DNA of 63,858 nucleotides, the filler included, from Octopus bimaculoides (lineage: Eukaryota): assembly GCF_001194135.2 (NCBI RefSeq). It is 4 parts of 4 records of this genome, joined end to end, with 100 filler letters (N's around TTAATTAATTAA, not from the genome) between each part and the next. Parts side by side here need not be neighbours in the genome. Positions count along the whole stretch, not along the records: positions 1 to 29,798 come from NC_069005.1; 3 more parts are not named here. The stretch is one strand, 5' to 3'. The position numbers and the translations under genes were made by a program. Below, one piece after another: positions 11,390-24,052 of this stretch (position 1 is its first letter; every line of letters begins with the position of its first letter). The notes beneath the pieces were generated by a model. That model made no database searches. It saw only the letters and a program-made list of their open reading frames with translations, and was not told the DNA's origin.

Positions 11390-12776
11390 TAAAAAAGAAG
11401 ATGGCGGACAAAGATTGTTCGTCCGCTGAAAAGAACAGCCAAGTTGTAAAAGTCAGTGACATCATCAGCATCAGTAATTACAACAACAACAACAGCAAAA
11501 GTAACAACAACAACAATACAGCACGTGAAATACATTAAAGTAACTTTTCGATGTTGGGTACAACAAAAGAGATCAATAACAATAAAAGGCAACGACTCTC
11601 GCGAGAACACTGCCACTTCCACCCCCACCACCAGCAACAACAGCAAACTCACCACTAATATCATCATCGAAAAATATAAGAACAAGGAAACTGAACCATT
11701 GCAAATCCGCTGTTAGCGGTTTCTCCGACGCGACGCGGCAAATAAGTGAAGAAATTTTTATAAATGAAAATAAATTTAAAAGCGTGAAATGTATGTTGGA
11801 GAAATGCGGGCGAAATGTAGCACCGAATGTTTCTAGATCTGTCCAGCAAAAAAATTTATTCGCGGATGGTTCTATACAAAACATCTGGAACAAAAAGTAG
11901 AAGAATCGAGTAGGCAACACACGAGCAGTTAGAAAAATGTCTGCGACCAATATGGAAGAGCAAAATATTATATACCCGGGGGTGGAAGAATATGGAACTC
12001 TCGAAGTGAGGTTCGCCTTATAAGAAGATACCCAAATTCACTCAACAGCCATTCTAATGAGTGTCGAACTTATCCTCACGCACATTTACTTTGACTGAAG
12101 GGTCTTTGAGATAAGAGTATTATATATACCACCAGAAATCAACATCTGCTAGTTGGTAGCAGCGGTTCTCTTCGTCGTAGAAAAGAAAACCAGTATTCTA
12201 CGGATACAGAGAATACAGAAGCAGAGCAGATTAGGACAGGATATGCAGTTGTTAGTGCAAGTGGAACAGCAAAATGTCGAGGCTATCCGGTACTTCGTAA
12301 CCCTACCAGATGGCACAAAGCTTCACGTGGCTGTTGAGAGCCTTGGCGAAAGAGGTTGTGTGGTGGACTAGGTTGAAAGGGCTGAAGACAGACTTCATTA
12401 AATTTTTCAAGTTTCGCATGTAAAGGAGAGTGAGAGCAGAGAGAAAAGAGCTGCCTCCCAGTAATTTTGTTAACAGGTGAGTGATATATAGTATGAATGG
12501 CCCGAGTGAACAGGTCTACTCTAAAGATGCGCCTCTAGACCGAGGGTATATGAAGGGGAGAGGGCCTTGACCTAGATGTCAGTGCGATCGTAGCTTTTCT
12601 AGGGGCTCCACAAAAAGGCCTAGCAAGCCTCCCTCTTTAGGAGATTTTGATTATTAGAATTTTATTCATTGTTATTCTTTTGTTTACATGTTTTAATCCC
12701 ATTATATTTGTATTGTATTGTCCTGTGCCATCCCCAAGGTTTTTTTATGGAACCTTAATGGTTAATAAAAAAAAAT
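11390..12776 (+). mobile_element. internally deleted L1/Tx1 element (ORF1 N-part fused to ORF2 tail)
   Basis: Starts at AAGATGGCGG. ORF1 relic YGTLEVRFA...LPDGTKLHVAVE joins directly to AKEVVWWTRLKGLKT..IKFFKF..RRVRAERK (ORF2 end). The 3' UTR ends in GGTTAATAAAAAAAAA. Confidence 0.7.
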
Positions 12777-12780
12777 TTCA

Positions 12781-13138
12781 TTGAGTGAGAGAGCAGCGCA
12801 TGCCATCAAAGTGATACTGGGGTACAAATATACGAAGCCCAGTATACCAATCATGATTATCTCGGCAACACGAAGGTGTATTATTATTATTATTTTTAAT
12901 ATTATTATTGTTATTATTATTGAGTGAGAGAGCAGTGCATGCCATCAAAGTGACACTGGGGTAAAATATACGAAGCCCAGTATACCCATCATGACTACCC
13001 GTCTGATAAGGGCATCACAACCATATGTGTACAACATGGTGATCTCATATCAAGATAAACAGCGCATGACCTCGCAGGTGGGGCCCAGTTAGAATTTTCT
13101 TCAGGTCGAGTAGCCCATCCTGCTCAAAAGGTCTCTGA
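12781..13138 (-). mobile_element. two truncated copies of the (AAT)n-tailed non-coding element (full copy at 17641-18196)
   Basis: TTGAGTGAGAGAGCAG(C/T)GCATGCCATCAAAGTG starts at 12781 and 12921, with (TTA)n between and after the copies. Confidence 0.85.
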
Positions 13139-13139
13139 A

Positions 13140-13211
<72 letters not shown>

Positions 13212-13212
<1 letters not shown>

Positions 13213-13525
13213 TTTAATCTGCATGTTTACTACAATCACTTGTCGAGACACACTCGGCGTCCTAGTGCGAGTGAAGGATAAGAGATGTTACAATATGACT
13301 GAAAGCTTGCGGAGGGGAAGTGGCAGGGGCAGTAGCAAGATATCTTCATGTATGATATGATTTTCTAAGGATGTGGATAGTACTTGTCAGCACAAACTTT
13401 TGGATTTCTCTGAAACATGGTACTACTGGGATACTACCTAGATGTTTCTGACAACCCTTTTTTTTTTATCATACCTAGGGCACAATAACAGAAACGAGTA
13501 TTTTCTTTTCTGTCTTTAATAATTA
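13212..13525 (-). mobile_element. R4/Dong-like RLE LINE 3' end
   Basis: Minus translation LGMIKKKGCQKHLGSIPVVPCFREIQKFVLTSTIHILRKS resembles the RLE C-terminus. The 3' UTR runs into (AAT)n. Confidence 0.75.
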
Positions 13526-13542
13526 TGACAAGTCGATTATTA

Positions 13543-13655
<113 letters not shown>

Positions 13656-13703
13656 CATTAGTCTTATTTTTAGGACGTGCTTTCATTGTACTACCGAGCG
13701 CAG
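13656..13703 (-). mobile_element. 3' tip of an R4/Dong-like element (same family as 18248-18530), running into a gap
   Basis: TAGTCTTATTTTTAGGACGTGCTTTCATTGTACTACCGAGCGC matches 18252-18296. Confidence 0.7.
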
Positions 13704-14688
13704 NNNNNNNNNNNNNNNNNNNNNNNNNNNNNNNNNNNNNNNNNNNNNNNNNNNNNNNNNNNNNNNNNNNNNNNNNNNNNNNNNNNNNNNNNNNNNNNNN
13801 NNNNNNNNNNNNNNNNNNNNNNNNNNNNNNNNNNNNNNNNNNNNNNNNNNNNNNNNNNNNNNNNNNNNNNNNNNNNNNNNNNNNNNNNNNNNNNNNNNNN
13901 NNNNNNNNNNNNNNNNNNNNNNNNNNNNNNNNNNNNNNNNNNNNNNNNNNNNNNNNNNNNNNNNNNNNNNNNNNNNNNNNNNNNNNNNNNNNNNNNNNNN
14001 NNNNNNNNNNNNNNNNNNNNNNNNNNNNNNNNNNNNNNNNNNNNNNNNNNNNNNNNNNNNNNNNNNNNNNNNNNNNNNNNNNNNNNNNNNNNNNNNNNNN
14101 NNNNNNNNNNNNNNNNNNNNNNNNNNNNNNNNNNNNNNNNNNNNNNNNNNNNNNNNNNNNNNNNNNNNNNNNNNNNNNNNNNNNNNNNNNNNNNNNNNNN
14201 NNNNNNNNNNNNNNNNNNNNNNNNNNNNNNNNNNNNNNNNNNNNNNNNNNNNNNNNNNNNNNNNNNNNNNNNNNNNNNNNNNNNNNNNNNNNNNNNNNNN
14301 NNNNNNNNNNNNNNNNNNNNNNNNNNNNNNNNNNNNNNNNNNNNNNNNNNNNNNNNNNNNNNNNNNNNNNNNNNNNNNNNNNNNNNNNNNNNNNNNNNNN
14401 NNNNNNNNNNNNNNNNNNNNNNNNNNNNNNNNNNNNNNNNNNNNNNNNNNNNNNNNNNNNNNNNNNNNNNNNNNNNNNNNNNNNNNNNNNNNNNNNNNNN
14501 NNNNNNNNNNNNNNNNNNNNNNNNNNNNNNNNNNNNNNNNNNNNNNNNNNNNNNNNNNNNNNNNNNNNNNNNNNNNNNNNNNNNNNNNNNNNNNNNNNNN
14601 NNNNNNNNNNNNNNNNNNNNNNNNNNNNNNNNNNNNNNNNNNNNNNNNNNNNNNNNNNNNNNNNNNNNNNNNNNNNNNNNNNNNNNCC

Positions 14689-15055
14689 AGGCGGCGCCCC
14701 GTTTGTCCGATGTACAGAGAATGGCAGAGAGCAGGAGATGCAATAGATGATGTTGGTAGAAGTGCAGGTGAAGGAGTCGGTGATGTGATAGGGTCGTTGA
14801 TGGGTGCCGGTGAGGAGGGTGGTGTTGGAGAGGTAAGGGCAAGTGCGGCAGCGTGGGCGGGAGCAAGGGAACGAGCCAGGCTCGGAGGTTGGGTTGGGGA
14901 AGAAGCTGTGGACCAAGAAGTCTCGTAGATTATGGGCTCGTTTGAAGGAGGGGAGGGGTCGGTTTGGAGGCGCCGGAAAGCTCGGAGAATGGTGCGTTGG
15001 GGGTAGGGTGGTGGGATGGTAGGTGAGGGGAAAAGGGAGGCGGGAGATGGCAGGG
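14689..15055 (-). mobile_element. Penelope-like element fragment (Cys-rich linker plus GIY-YIG start; Neptune-like)
   Basis: SFKRAHNLRDFLVHS...PCSRPRCRTC...FTCTSTNIIYCISCS, then after a frameshift LCHSLYIGQTGRRL. Confidence 0.85.
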
Positions 15056-16144
15056 CGTATACATATATATACATACATACATACATACATACATACATTT
15101 ATGTATACAAACATACTTACATACATTTAGAATAGGCATAACCGTTAATATTAGTGTATATTATATTATTAATCAATGTGTGTGATGTATGTATATGCTA
15201 GTAGAGATGACAGTCAATTCATATCGTTTGCTCTCCTTCACTACCATTACTATTAAAGACGGTTATTGTGTGATTTGAGAGACACCACCATCACCACCAT
15301 CATCATCACTACTTCTACTACTACTACTGTTAGCACCACCACTAACACCACCATCACCACATCTACAAATACTACCACCATACCTACTGGCACCAATACC
15401 TACAATATAGCTAATTGTCACCACCACCACCACTACTACAACTACTACGACTACTACTACTACTACAACTTCTACCACTACTACCACTACTACCACTACA
15501 ACTATTACCACCATCTGTTGCTATCAATATTTGCGCCACCACTTACACCACCGTCAACATAACTATCACTACCCCTCAGCATCCCCGCATTACCACCACC
15601 ACCACATCTACTTATACCACCATCAGTACTACAACCTTTATCCCCCCATACACACACGCTTATTTCACCTTATTATGACCACCACCACTACAACCACCAT
15701 ACTGACTATTGTCACCGCAATCCCAACAACCAGTACGTTAGGATCCTCCACGTGGTCACTTCATCCTCTGGAAATAACTACCTAGTGTCTCTCAAAGCAC
15801 ACCATAACCGTCTTTAATAAATATCAAGAACAAAGAAAGGGAAAAAAGCATATTGGATGATAATGTATTCTGAGGTTTAAAAATGTTGTTCCTAATTTAC
15901 TTATACACAGGTAGGACCAATAAAATGCAACGAGATGTTCATGGCTGGAAGAGATATAAATATGTTTTCCTCCAACCTTCAATTCTTTGCAAAATCAAAC
16001 ACATTTCCACACAAGAACATAGCTTTTCTTTGTACTCCTACTCAACAATATCTGATTGGTTGTGTTTTAACTCGGAAGCTGTTTTAATTTATAATGTTCC
16101 ACCAATATTTTTTTGACCCTTCGATCTCAATATAGTTAACTTCA

Positions 16145-16410
16145 TCTTTAGGTGTTTTCTTTTTTTGTTATCCTGTTCTAGCTACTGCATCATCCCCGTG
16201 GGAAGATATCTGGAAGACATTCTCTCGCAGCTGGCAGTAATGTGGTTGATGTCTTCAGTCTTGGCCTTCTCAAATGGTCACTTAAGACCGCAATAAGTTA
16301 GATATTCGAGCCCGCAAACTGCTCGGTGTTACAGGAAACTTCAACACCAATAGAGATGTAGACAGGTTAGACTTCCCCCGCAAGGATGGTGGCCGTGGTC
16401 TCAAATTTGT
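16145..16410. mobile_element. R4/Dong-like LINE fragments in opposite orientations
   Basis: Plus 16300-16405 reads RARKLLGVTGNFNTNRDVDRLDFPRKDGGRGLK (post-RT region). Minus 16260-16170 reads TEDINHITASCERMSSRY (CCHC region). Confidence 0.65.
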
Positions 16411-16431
16411 ATTTATATCATGTGAATCTCG

Positions 16432-16850
16432 TACGAGGGCCGGCTGAAAATTTAATAGGCTAACCGAGATACTCTCATGGAATGTGACCAAATGAGGTAT
16501 ATTTTTCAACAGTACCCCTTGCAGTCCACACACTTCTTCCATCGATGTTGCAGTACTTGGATCTCATTGGTTAAGAAGCTTTCATCCTGTTGGTCAAAAA
16601 ATTCATCAACAGTAGCTATGACGCCATCATCACTGCGGTATTAGTTCCCAGCCAAGTGTTGTGTTTTTTTTTCTTATTGGGAAACAGATGATAATCGAAT
16701 GGGGCCAAGTCAGGAGAATAGGGAGGATAATCAACCAGTTCAAAGCCACAATCACGCACAGCAGCCATTGAAAGCAAGGACTTATTTGCTGGAGCATTGT
16801 CCTGATGAAACAAAGCCCCTTACGTCAGCTTTCATGGGTGTTGAAAACGT
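16432..16850 (-). mobile_element. mariner transposon 3' fragment with TIR
   Basis: FHQDNAPA...PPYSPDLAPFDYHLFPN (mariner catalytic motifs). TA plus CGAGGGCCGGCTGAAAA terminal repeat at 16432. Confidence 0.85.
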
Positions 16851-17384
16851 TGAATTCAACGATAAAAACACATGAATAGCAATGAGGATACCAATACAGT
16901 TTCTATGTGGTCAAAATATCTGCTGGAAGTAGCAACTAAATTCCTTCGTCTTATAAAAGGGACTGGACACAAATAATGTGGTTCAAGATACCCCGAAAAG
17001 ATGAGGTAGTCATGATTGAAATGTCTTTGATTATAGATCTGCTCCATTTGAGCTGTCTTGCGGAGTGGTGTTAAGCAAAAAATAATCAGAAACCATTGTT
17101 GCTATTAATCAAGCAGACAGAATCGAACAAAAATGCCTAACCGTATATCTTTTCGGCTCTTTAACTTCTGGGTTCAAATGCCACCGAGGTCAAGTTTTTC
17201 AGGGTCGACAAAATAAGGTACCAATGTAATCAACTAGCCTACTTCCCCTAAAATTGCTGGCCTTGTGCCAAAATTACAAATTTCTATTATGGCTTACGGG
17301 CATATCAAATTGAAAGTACAGTTCTCGTCTTAGATGGATGGACCGCTTGGGAGCCTAGGTGCTGTAAGCATCTCGGGTTGTGTA

Positions 17385-17580
17385 AGGTGGCGAGTTGGCA
17401 GAATTGTTAGCAGACCGGCATTTTGTTCGGTATTGTGTTCTGAGTTTAAATTCCACGGAGGTTGATTTTGCCTTTCGTCCTTTTGGGGTCGATAAAAGAA
17501 GTACCAGTCGAGAACTGGGGTCGGTGTAATCGATTTATCCACTCCCTCGATATTGGTGGCCTTGTGACAAAATTCGAAAC
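17385..17580 (+). mobile_element. tRNA-derived SINE (family S3)
   Basis: gagttggcagaattgttagc...ctgagtttaaattcc...ggggtcgataaaagaagtaccag. Matches 62300-62496. Confidence 0.8.
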
Positions 17581-17640
<60 letters not shown>

Positions 17641-17641
<1 letters not shown>

Positions 17642-18196
17642 GAGTGAGAGAGCAGTGCATGCCATCAAAGTGATACTGAGGTAAAATATACGAAGCCCAT
17701 TATACCCATCATGATTACCCATCTGATAAGGGTACACCAGGTACATGCATCACAACCATATGTGCGCGACATGGTGATCTCGTATCAAGATTAACAGCGC
17801 ATGACTTTGCAGGTGGGACCCAGTTAGAATTTTCTTCAGGTCGAGCAGCCCATCCCGCTCAAAAGGTCCCTGAATAAGGGTTGTTTAAGGATGTTGAGCA
17901 AAACACCCATGTTTCCAAAAGTGAATTATTCAAACCCCAAAGAATTCCTCTCAACACATGGCTATGATGCTCCCCCACTACTTCTGCTCATGATCAGAGA
18001 TGCACATATCGTCAGCCACCAAGGAACATGCTCAACTGGTTAAGGTCAAACAACTGACAAGCAAACCTGTGGTATTAAGCAGAATATTTGCTGTAGCCCG
18101 TCTTTTTTATACCAAGACAAAACAACGTACATGATAACACTTCCAATCAATTAAGATCAGAAGCCATGAGAGCCACTGCCTGGTACTGCATCCGGG
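17641..18196 (-). mobile_element. ~560-bp non-coding retroposon inserted in (TAA)n
   Basis: Flanked on both sides by (TTA)n. Partial copies occur at 12781 and 12921. No ORF was found. Confidence 0.8.
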
Positions 18197-18197
18197 C

Positions 18198-18247
<50 letters not shown>

Positions 18248-18252
<5 letters not shown>

Positions 18253-18530
18253 TAGTCTTATTTTTATCACGTGCTTTCTCTGCACTACCGAGCGCGGCTC
18301 TGTGTGCCTTGGGTATGTGATGTGGTTTGTTGTGGTGCTCTTATTTTCACTGTATTGAAAATGCTTTACGTAGGATGTGTGTGGTGCCTAGCTGTGCTGT
18401 TTTCTGTGTGTTATATATACTTGTAAGTCCTGGTATTTTGGTTATGTGTTTGTCTGAATGTTTTTTTATCATATGTATATTATGGGAACTATTTCTGTTT
18501 TTAGGTACCACATTCGAGTTACCTCTATTT
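18248..18530 (-). mobile_element. R4/Dong-like RLE LINE 3' end
   Basis: Minus translation MIKKHSDKHITKIPGLTSIYNTQKTAQLGTTHILRKAFSIQ* followed by a UTR and (AAT)n. Confidence 0.8.
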
Positions 18531-18555
18531 CCAAATATTATTATTATTATTGTTG

Positions 18556-18656
<101 letters not shown>

Positions 18657-18658
18657 GC

Positions 18659-18716
<58 letters not shown>

Positions 18717-18729
18717 ATTAAAACATGAT

Positions 18730-19540
18730 GTATTAATTAACAAGGATGACGTCTTGAAGTTTGGTGACAACGAATCCCCTCAAATTTCAAAAATCTTCTT
18801 CGGATTCTTGCAGAATACAAAATTGTATTTTTCTGCAGGTCGTTAATGCCTTTCCGAATTCCTATATTCTTCAGCATTTTGAGTGCTATGCTAAGTGCGT
18901 GAATTACCACAGAAATAGCTGTTCTCTTAGTCTTTCCATAATCTCTTCTAGAGATCCTGATATTTCTGCTTCCCCACTTTCTTTCCTATCCATTCAGTTA
19001 TCAAATGATATGGCAAAGTCTTTGATCTTACGCTATTTGCATGTTCTTGTCTTTTGTTTTGTTCTGTCTCCTATAATCATGTCTAGTATGGTCAGTTGCT
19101 ATGTTGAAATCCCATAAAATCATGTAATTATTATCCCCCCCCCCTTGCAGCCTCTTGCTGTTTGGATCAGAAAATCCAGTTTGATCCTTTCTTTTCTTTC
19201 TTTTTTTTTATTTTTCGTGTACAGTTTGAGGCCATCTATATACATAGCAGGTGATTTATTTTGACCCTGGTTTTGGCAAGCTCGTTAGGCAAGTCTGGAT
19301 TTTCTCGTTGTGTTTGTCAGGAGGATTAACGCGGTGACGAAAAGCAACAGAGAGAATGAGTTTCCCTGAAATATTGTTAGTTCTATTTCCCAAGATTTCA
19401 TTGCTTTTTGCTATGAAAAAGAAAAAAAACTATTAATATTAATCTTCTACTTAGCTACGAATGTTCTCAAATCTTCCAAGAAGCAACAGTTTGGATTACT
19501 ACCGTGGGCTTTCTTGAAATCTATCAAACCAACAGTAAAG
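18730..19540 (-). mobile_element. heavily deleted R4/Dong-like LINE retaining RT and RLE motifs
   Basis: IDFKKAH (RT motif), IFQGNSFSLLLFV (QGD motif), INHLLC..DGLKLY (YMDD motif), then ILWDFNIATDH and LQKNTILYSARI (RLE region). Confidence 0.75.
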
Positions 19541-19830
19541 GCGCGTGGCTTAGGGATTACGGTGTTAAGCTCACGTTTGTGAGTTCGATTCCTGGCAGCG
19601 CGTTGTGTCCTTGAGCAAAACACTTTATTTCACGTTGTTCCAGTCTATTGAGCTGACTCAAAAAGTCAACCTTGCCACATTCTCTGTGTCACGCTGAATC
19701 TTCCAGAGAACTACGTTTAAGGTACACGTGTCTGGAGTGCTCAGCCACTTGAACGTTAATTTCACGTGCAGGTTCTTTGGTCGATCATATCAACTGGAAC
19801 CGACGGAGTGCCAGCATCAAACCAACGGCT
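19541..19830 (+). mobile_element. tRNA-derived SINE (family S4, CORE-like central domain)
   Basis: gagttcgattcc...gtgtccttgagcaaaacactttatttcacgttg...gagtgctcagccacttg. An inverted copy lies at 49735-50050. Confidence 0.8.
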
Positions 19831-19992
19831 AAGTTCATTCTTTCTTATTTGTATGTCATTTAATATTATGTTATTGATACACAGCAGGTCAGCAGTTCTT
19901 CTTAACTTCCCACTGTGTGAAACTGAACCCGGAAGCATGTGGTTTGAAAGCAAACTTCTTGCCACACACCTACGCTATGTACACATACATAA

Positions 19993-20080
<88 letters not shown>

Positions 20081-20459
20081 CTTCATATGTGTGTGTGTTT
20101 GTGTATGCATAATATGTTCATGCATGTGTGTATTGTTACGCCTGTGTTTGTTTCTCCACCAAAACTTGACGATTAGTGTTGATTGGTTTGTTTACGTCCA
20201 CGTAACTTAGGTGCTCGATAAAAAGACAGATTAAGTTATAGAGTTTAAAAGATATCAGTAGTGATGTCACTTTGTTCAACTAAACCTTTCAAAGTAGTGC
20301 CCCGGCATGGCTGCAGTCCAATGACTGAAACAAGTATGCAACGCATCGCTTGGTGCAGGAATTGAAACCATAATGTTACGACCATACATGCATACCACAC
20401 ACACATATACGCACACACACATGCAGACACACATACACACACATAAATATGTATATAAG

Positions 20460-20600
20460 AGGGTTTTCCATAGTTTCCGTCTACCAAATTCACTTCCAAG
20501 CCATTGGTAGACTCAGGGCTATAGTTGAAGACATTTGCCCAAAGTGCCGTGCAGTAGGACTGAACCCGAAACCAAAGGGTTGCAAAATGAGTTTCATATT
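20460..20600 (-). mobile_element. S1 SINE
   Basis: gtttccgtctaccaaattcact...cccaaagtgccgtgcagtaggactgaacccg. Confidence 0.8.
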
Positions 20601-20902
20601 GGGATACAACTGTGCTTGTTCCACGATAAGCAATTGATAAGAACAGACGATTAAGAAATAACTGTTGAAAATATAGGTAAGCTTCTAATCCACTTTTTAT
20701 TTTTATACTGAATTGCAAAGGTCTCGTCTTGAAATGTAGTCATGTGATTAGGATCGCTGATATACTCTGATATGCCTACAGGTATATAAAGTGGGTGGGG
20801 AAGACGAGAGGATAGAGAGATAAGGGGGAGAGAGAAACACTTGTAATCAAACGACCACGCATATCGACAGATAAATCAGGAGCGCACACACGAACACATG
20901 CG

Positions 20903-20946
<44 letters not shown>

Positions 20947-21008
20947 CACATGCACATGCACACATACATCTGTACGTAAATACATGCATACAAAGATGCA
21001 CACATACA

Positions 21009-21083
<75 letters not shown>

Positions 21084-21087
<4 letters not shown>

Positions 21088-21470
21088 AGGAGTGGCGATA
21101 TGGTAAGAAGCATACTTCCCAACCACGTGGTTCCGAGTTCAGTACAATGCGTGGCACCTTGGGCAAGTGTCTTCTGCTGTAACCTCGAGTCGACCAAAGC
21201 CTTTTGAGTGGATTTGGTAGACACCCAGTGTCTACCAAAGAGAATTAACAAAAAAAGAAAAGAAAGGAAAAAAATGGATTCTCTGATCCAAACAGCGAAG
21301 GGAGATAATAATAACAGGATCTTATGGGATTTCAACATAGCGACTGACCATACTATTGATAGAATAAGTACTAGGCTTACAAAAAATACGTCCTGAGGTG
21401 GATTTATTTGATTAAAAGCGGTGCTCCAGCATGACTGCACTCAAATGATTGACACAAGTAAAAGAATAAA
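21084..21470 (+). mobile_element. S1 SINE interrupted by a short RLE LINE piece (21280-21360), then the S2 module
   Basis: S1 head at 21084-21225. DNNNRILWDFNIATDHTI is homologous to 19080-19175 (minus). Confidence 0.7.
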
Positions 21471-21723
21471 AGAATATATACACGCACGCACATACAGACA
21501 TACTCTGTGAAAAGCACACGCACACACGGACAGGAGCGCATACATGCATAGATACTAAGAAGCACATACACACACATACATATATACAGACAGACATACT
21601 AACGGAAAAGCACGCACGCATTCATTCATACAAATTGCCAAACACTCATACACAAACACGCACTTATGGAGGAGTACTGAGTCAAACACACAGACAAATA
21701 TAAGCAGATACAGAGATAACATA

Positions 21724-21783
<60 letters not shown>

Positions 21784-23264
21784 TACACACGCTCGCGCGC
21801 GTGCATACACACACAACACACACACAGATACACAAACACACGCATACACATAAGCACACAAAAACCTCCACATACATACATATATGCATATATATAGATA
21901 GACATACGTATACATGCATACATACACGTATATACATGCATCTATGCCTACACGCACGTAGATACTTACATACGCATACATATACATACACATATGCACA
22001 CACATGTACATACACATACACACATATATAAACACATACATACACGCACACATACACATACACACTCATATATACACATATACACACATACATTTACACA
22101 CTCATATACGCATGTATATAGAACAAGAGACGTGAGAGGTAGTTGTTAGTTATTGTTAATCAATATTGTTAATTCATAACAGCTTGAACTCTGCAGTTTA
22201 ATTAACACCCTGTCAATGGGGGCAGAGATGGAGACCTGGTGGTGGTGTGGTTGCAATAGGATGACTATCATGAGACTGTGGTGGTAGCGTTGTCTTGGTG
22301 TTGAGGGTGACATCGCTGCTGTAGCTGTTATGAGACCGTATTGGAGAGGGCGCGGCGGTAGTGTTGTCGTATCAGTGGTGTTGCTGGTGGTGTTGTAACT
22401 GTTACAAAACCGTGATCGTGATGGGGGGGGGGCTGGGATCCAGGTGATGGTGGTGATGGTGCTGGTACTGGTGTTGGTGTTGATGCTGGTGCTGGTGTAG
22501 ATGTTACAAGACTGTCGTGGTGGTGTAATGACGGTAGTGTTGATAGTGCTGTTATGGTATTGTTGGTGTTGGTNNNNNNNNNNNNNNNNNNNNNNNNNNN
22601 NNNNNNNNNNNNNNNNNNNNNNNNNNNNNNNNNNNNNNNNNNNNNNNNNNNNNNNNNNNNNNNNNNNNNNNNNNNNNNNNNNNNNNNNNNNNNNNNNNNN
22701 NNNNNNNNNNNNNNNNNNNNNNNNNNNNNNNNNNNNNNNNNNNNNNNNNNNNNNNNNNNNNNNNNNNNNNNNNNNNNNNNNNNNNNNNNNNNNNNNNNNN
22801 NNNNNNNNNNNNNNNNNNNNNNNNNNNNNNNNNNNNNNNNNNNNNNNNNNNNNNNNNNNNNNNNNNNNNNNNNNNNNNNNNNNNNNNNNNNNNNNNNNNN
22901 NNNNNNNNNNNNNNNNNNNNNNNNNNNNNNNNNNNNNNNNNNNNNNNNNNNNNNNNNNNNNNNNNNNNNNNNNNNNNNNNNNNNNNNNNNNNNNNNNNNN
23001 NNNNNNNNNNNNNNNNNNNNNNNNNNNNNNNNNNNNNNNNNNNNNNNNNNNNNNNNNNNNNNNNNNNNNNNNNNNNNNNNNNNNNNNNNNNNNNNNNNNN
23101 NNNNNNNNNNNNNNNNNNNNNNNNNNNNNNNNNNNNNNNNNNNNNNNNNNNNNNNNNNNNNNNNNNNNNNNNNNNNNNNNNNNNNNNNNNNNNNNNNNNN
23201 NNNNNNNNNNNNNNNNNNNNNNNNNNNNNNNNNNNNNNNNNNNATATACATATATATATACTTA

Positions 23265-23652
23265 ATAAGGAACAATACGAATGGAAAATTACAAAAAGAG
23301 ACTGCATATATTCTTTAAGAACCAAGGACTATCAATATCAATTGAAAAAGATATCTCTGTAAACTTTCTTGACGTTAACTTTAATCTTAAAACAGGTATT
23401 TACCAACTTTATCAAAAACCTAACGCTAACATTAGATATATAGATGCAAATAGTACCCATCCACATAATAGTATAGGAAACCTTAGTATGAATATAAAGA
23501 GAAGAATTAATTGCCTATCTTTAAATGAAGAAGTATTCAATAAACACAAAGATCATTACAATATAGCACTTAAGAAGGCAGGATATAAGTATGAAATTAA
23601 GTACAATAGGAATTGCAACACCACTGAAAATCATATTGAAAATAAATACTAA
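23265..23652 (+). mobile_element. Penelope-like element, RT thumb fragment
   Basis: VNFLDVNFNLKTGIYQLYQKPN...YIDANSTHP...RRINCLS...ALKKAGY. Confidence 0.85.
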
Positions 23653-24052
23653 AATAATAATGATAAATCTAGAGACTTAGACACCTATTATGAAATAGTA
23701 TATTCTCACAAATGAGAAATGAAAAGTTTCAATAACAATTATAAATATAACAAACATGTTAAACAGGACAGTTAAAATAAAGAAATTAAACTAAAACATG
23801 GTGAACATAATACCAAAAATAAAATTAAAAATAATAAGAAGAATCATAACAATTATTATTATTATTATAACACACATGTCAATAAACCCAAAATTAATAC
23901 TTGGGTACATAACGATTATTACAACATTAAAATAAAAGATACTAATAAAAACATAAAGATAACAAAAAAGAAAAATATTAAATACCCTGAGCATCATTGT
24001 TAACATAAACAATAATGTTATATCGCACTTTCGGATGACCTCTACTCAACTA

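Noticed and set aside
18060-18196. HDV-like ribozyme at the 5' end of the 560-bp element
   Set aside because: A P1-like pairing exists, but no P1.1 GG, P3/L3 or catalytic J4/2 could be placed.
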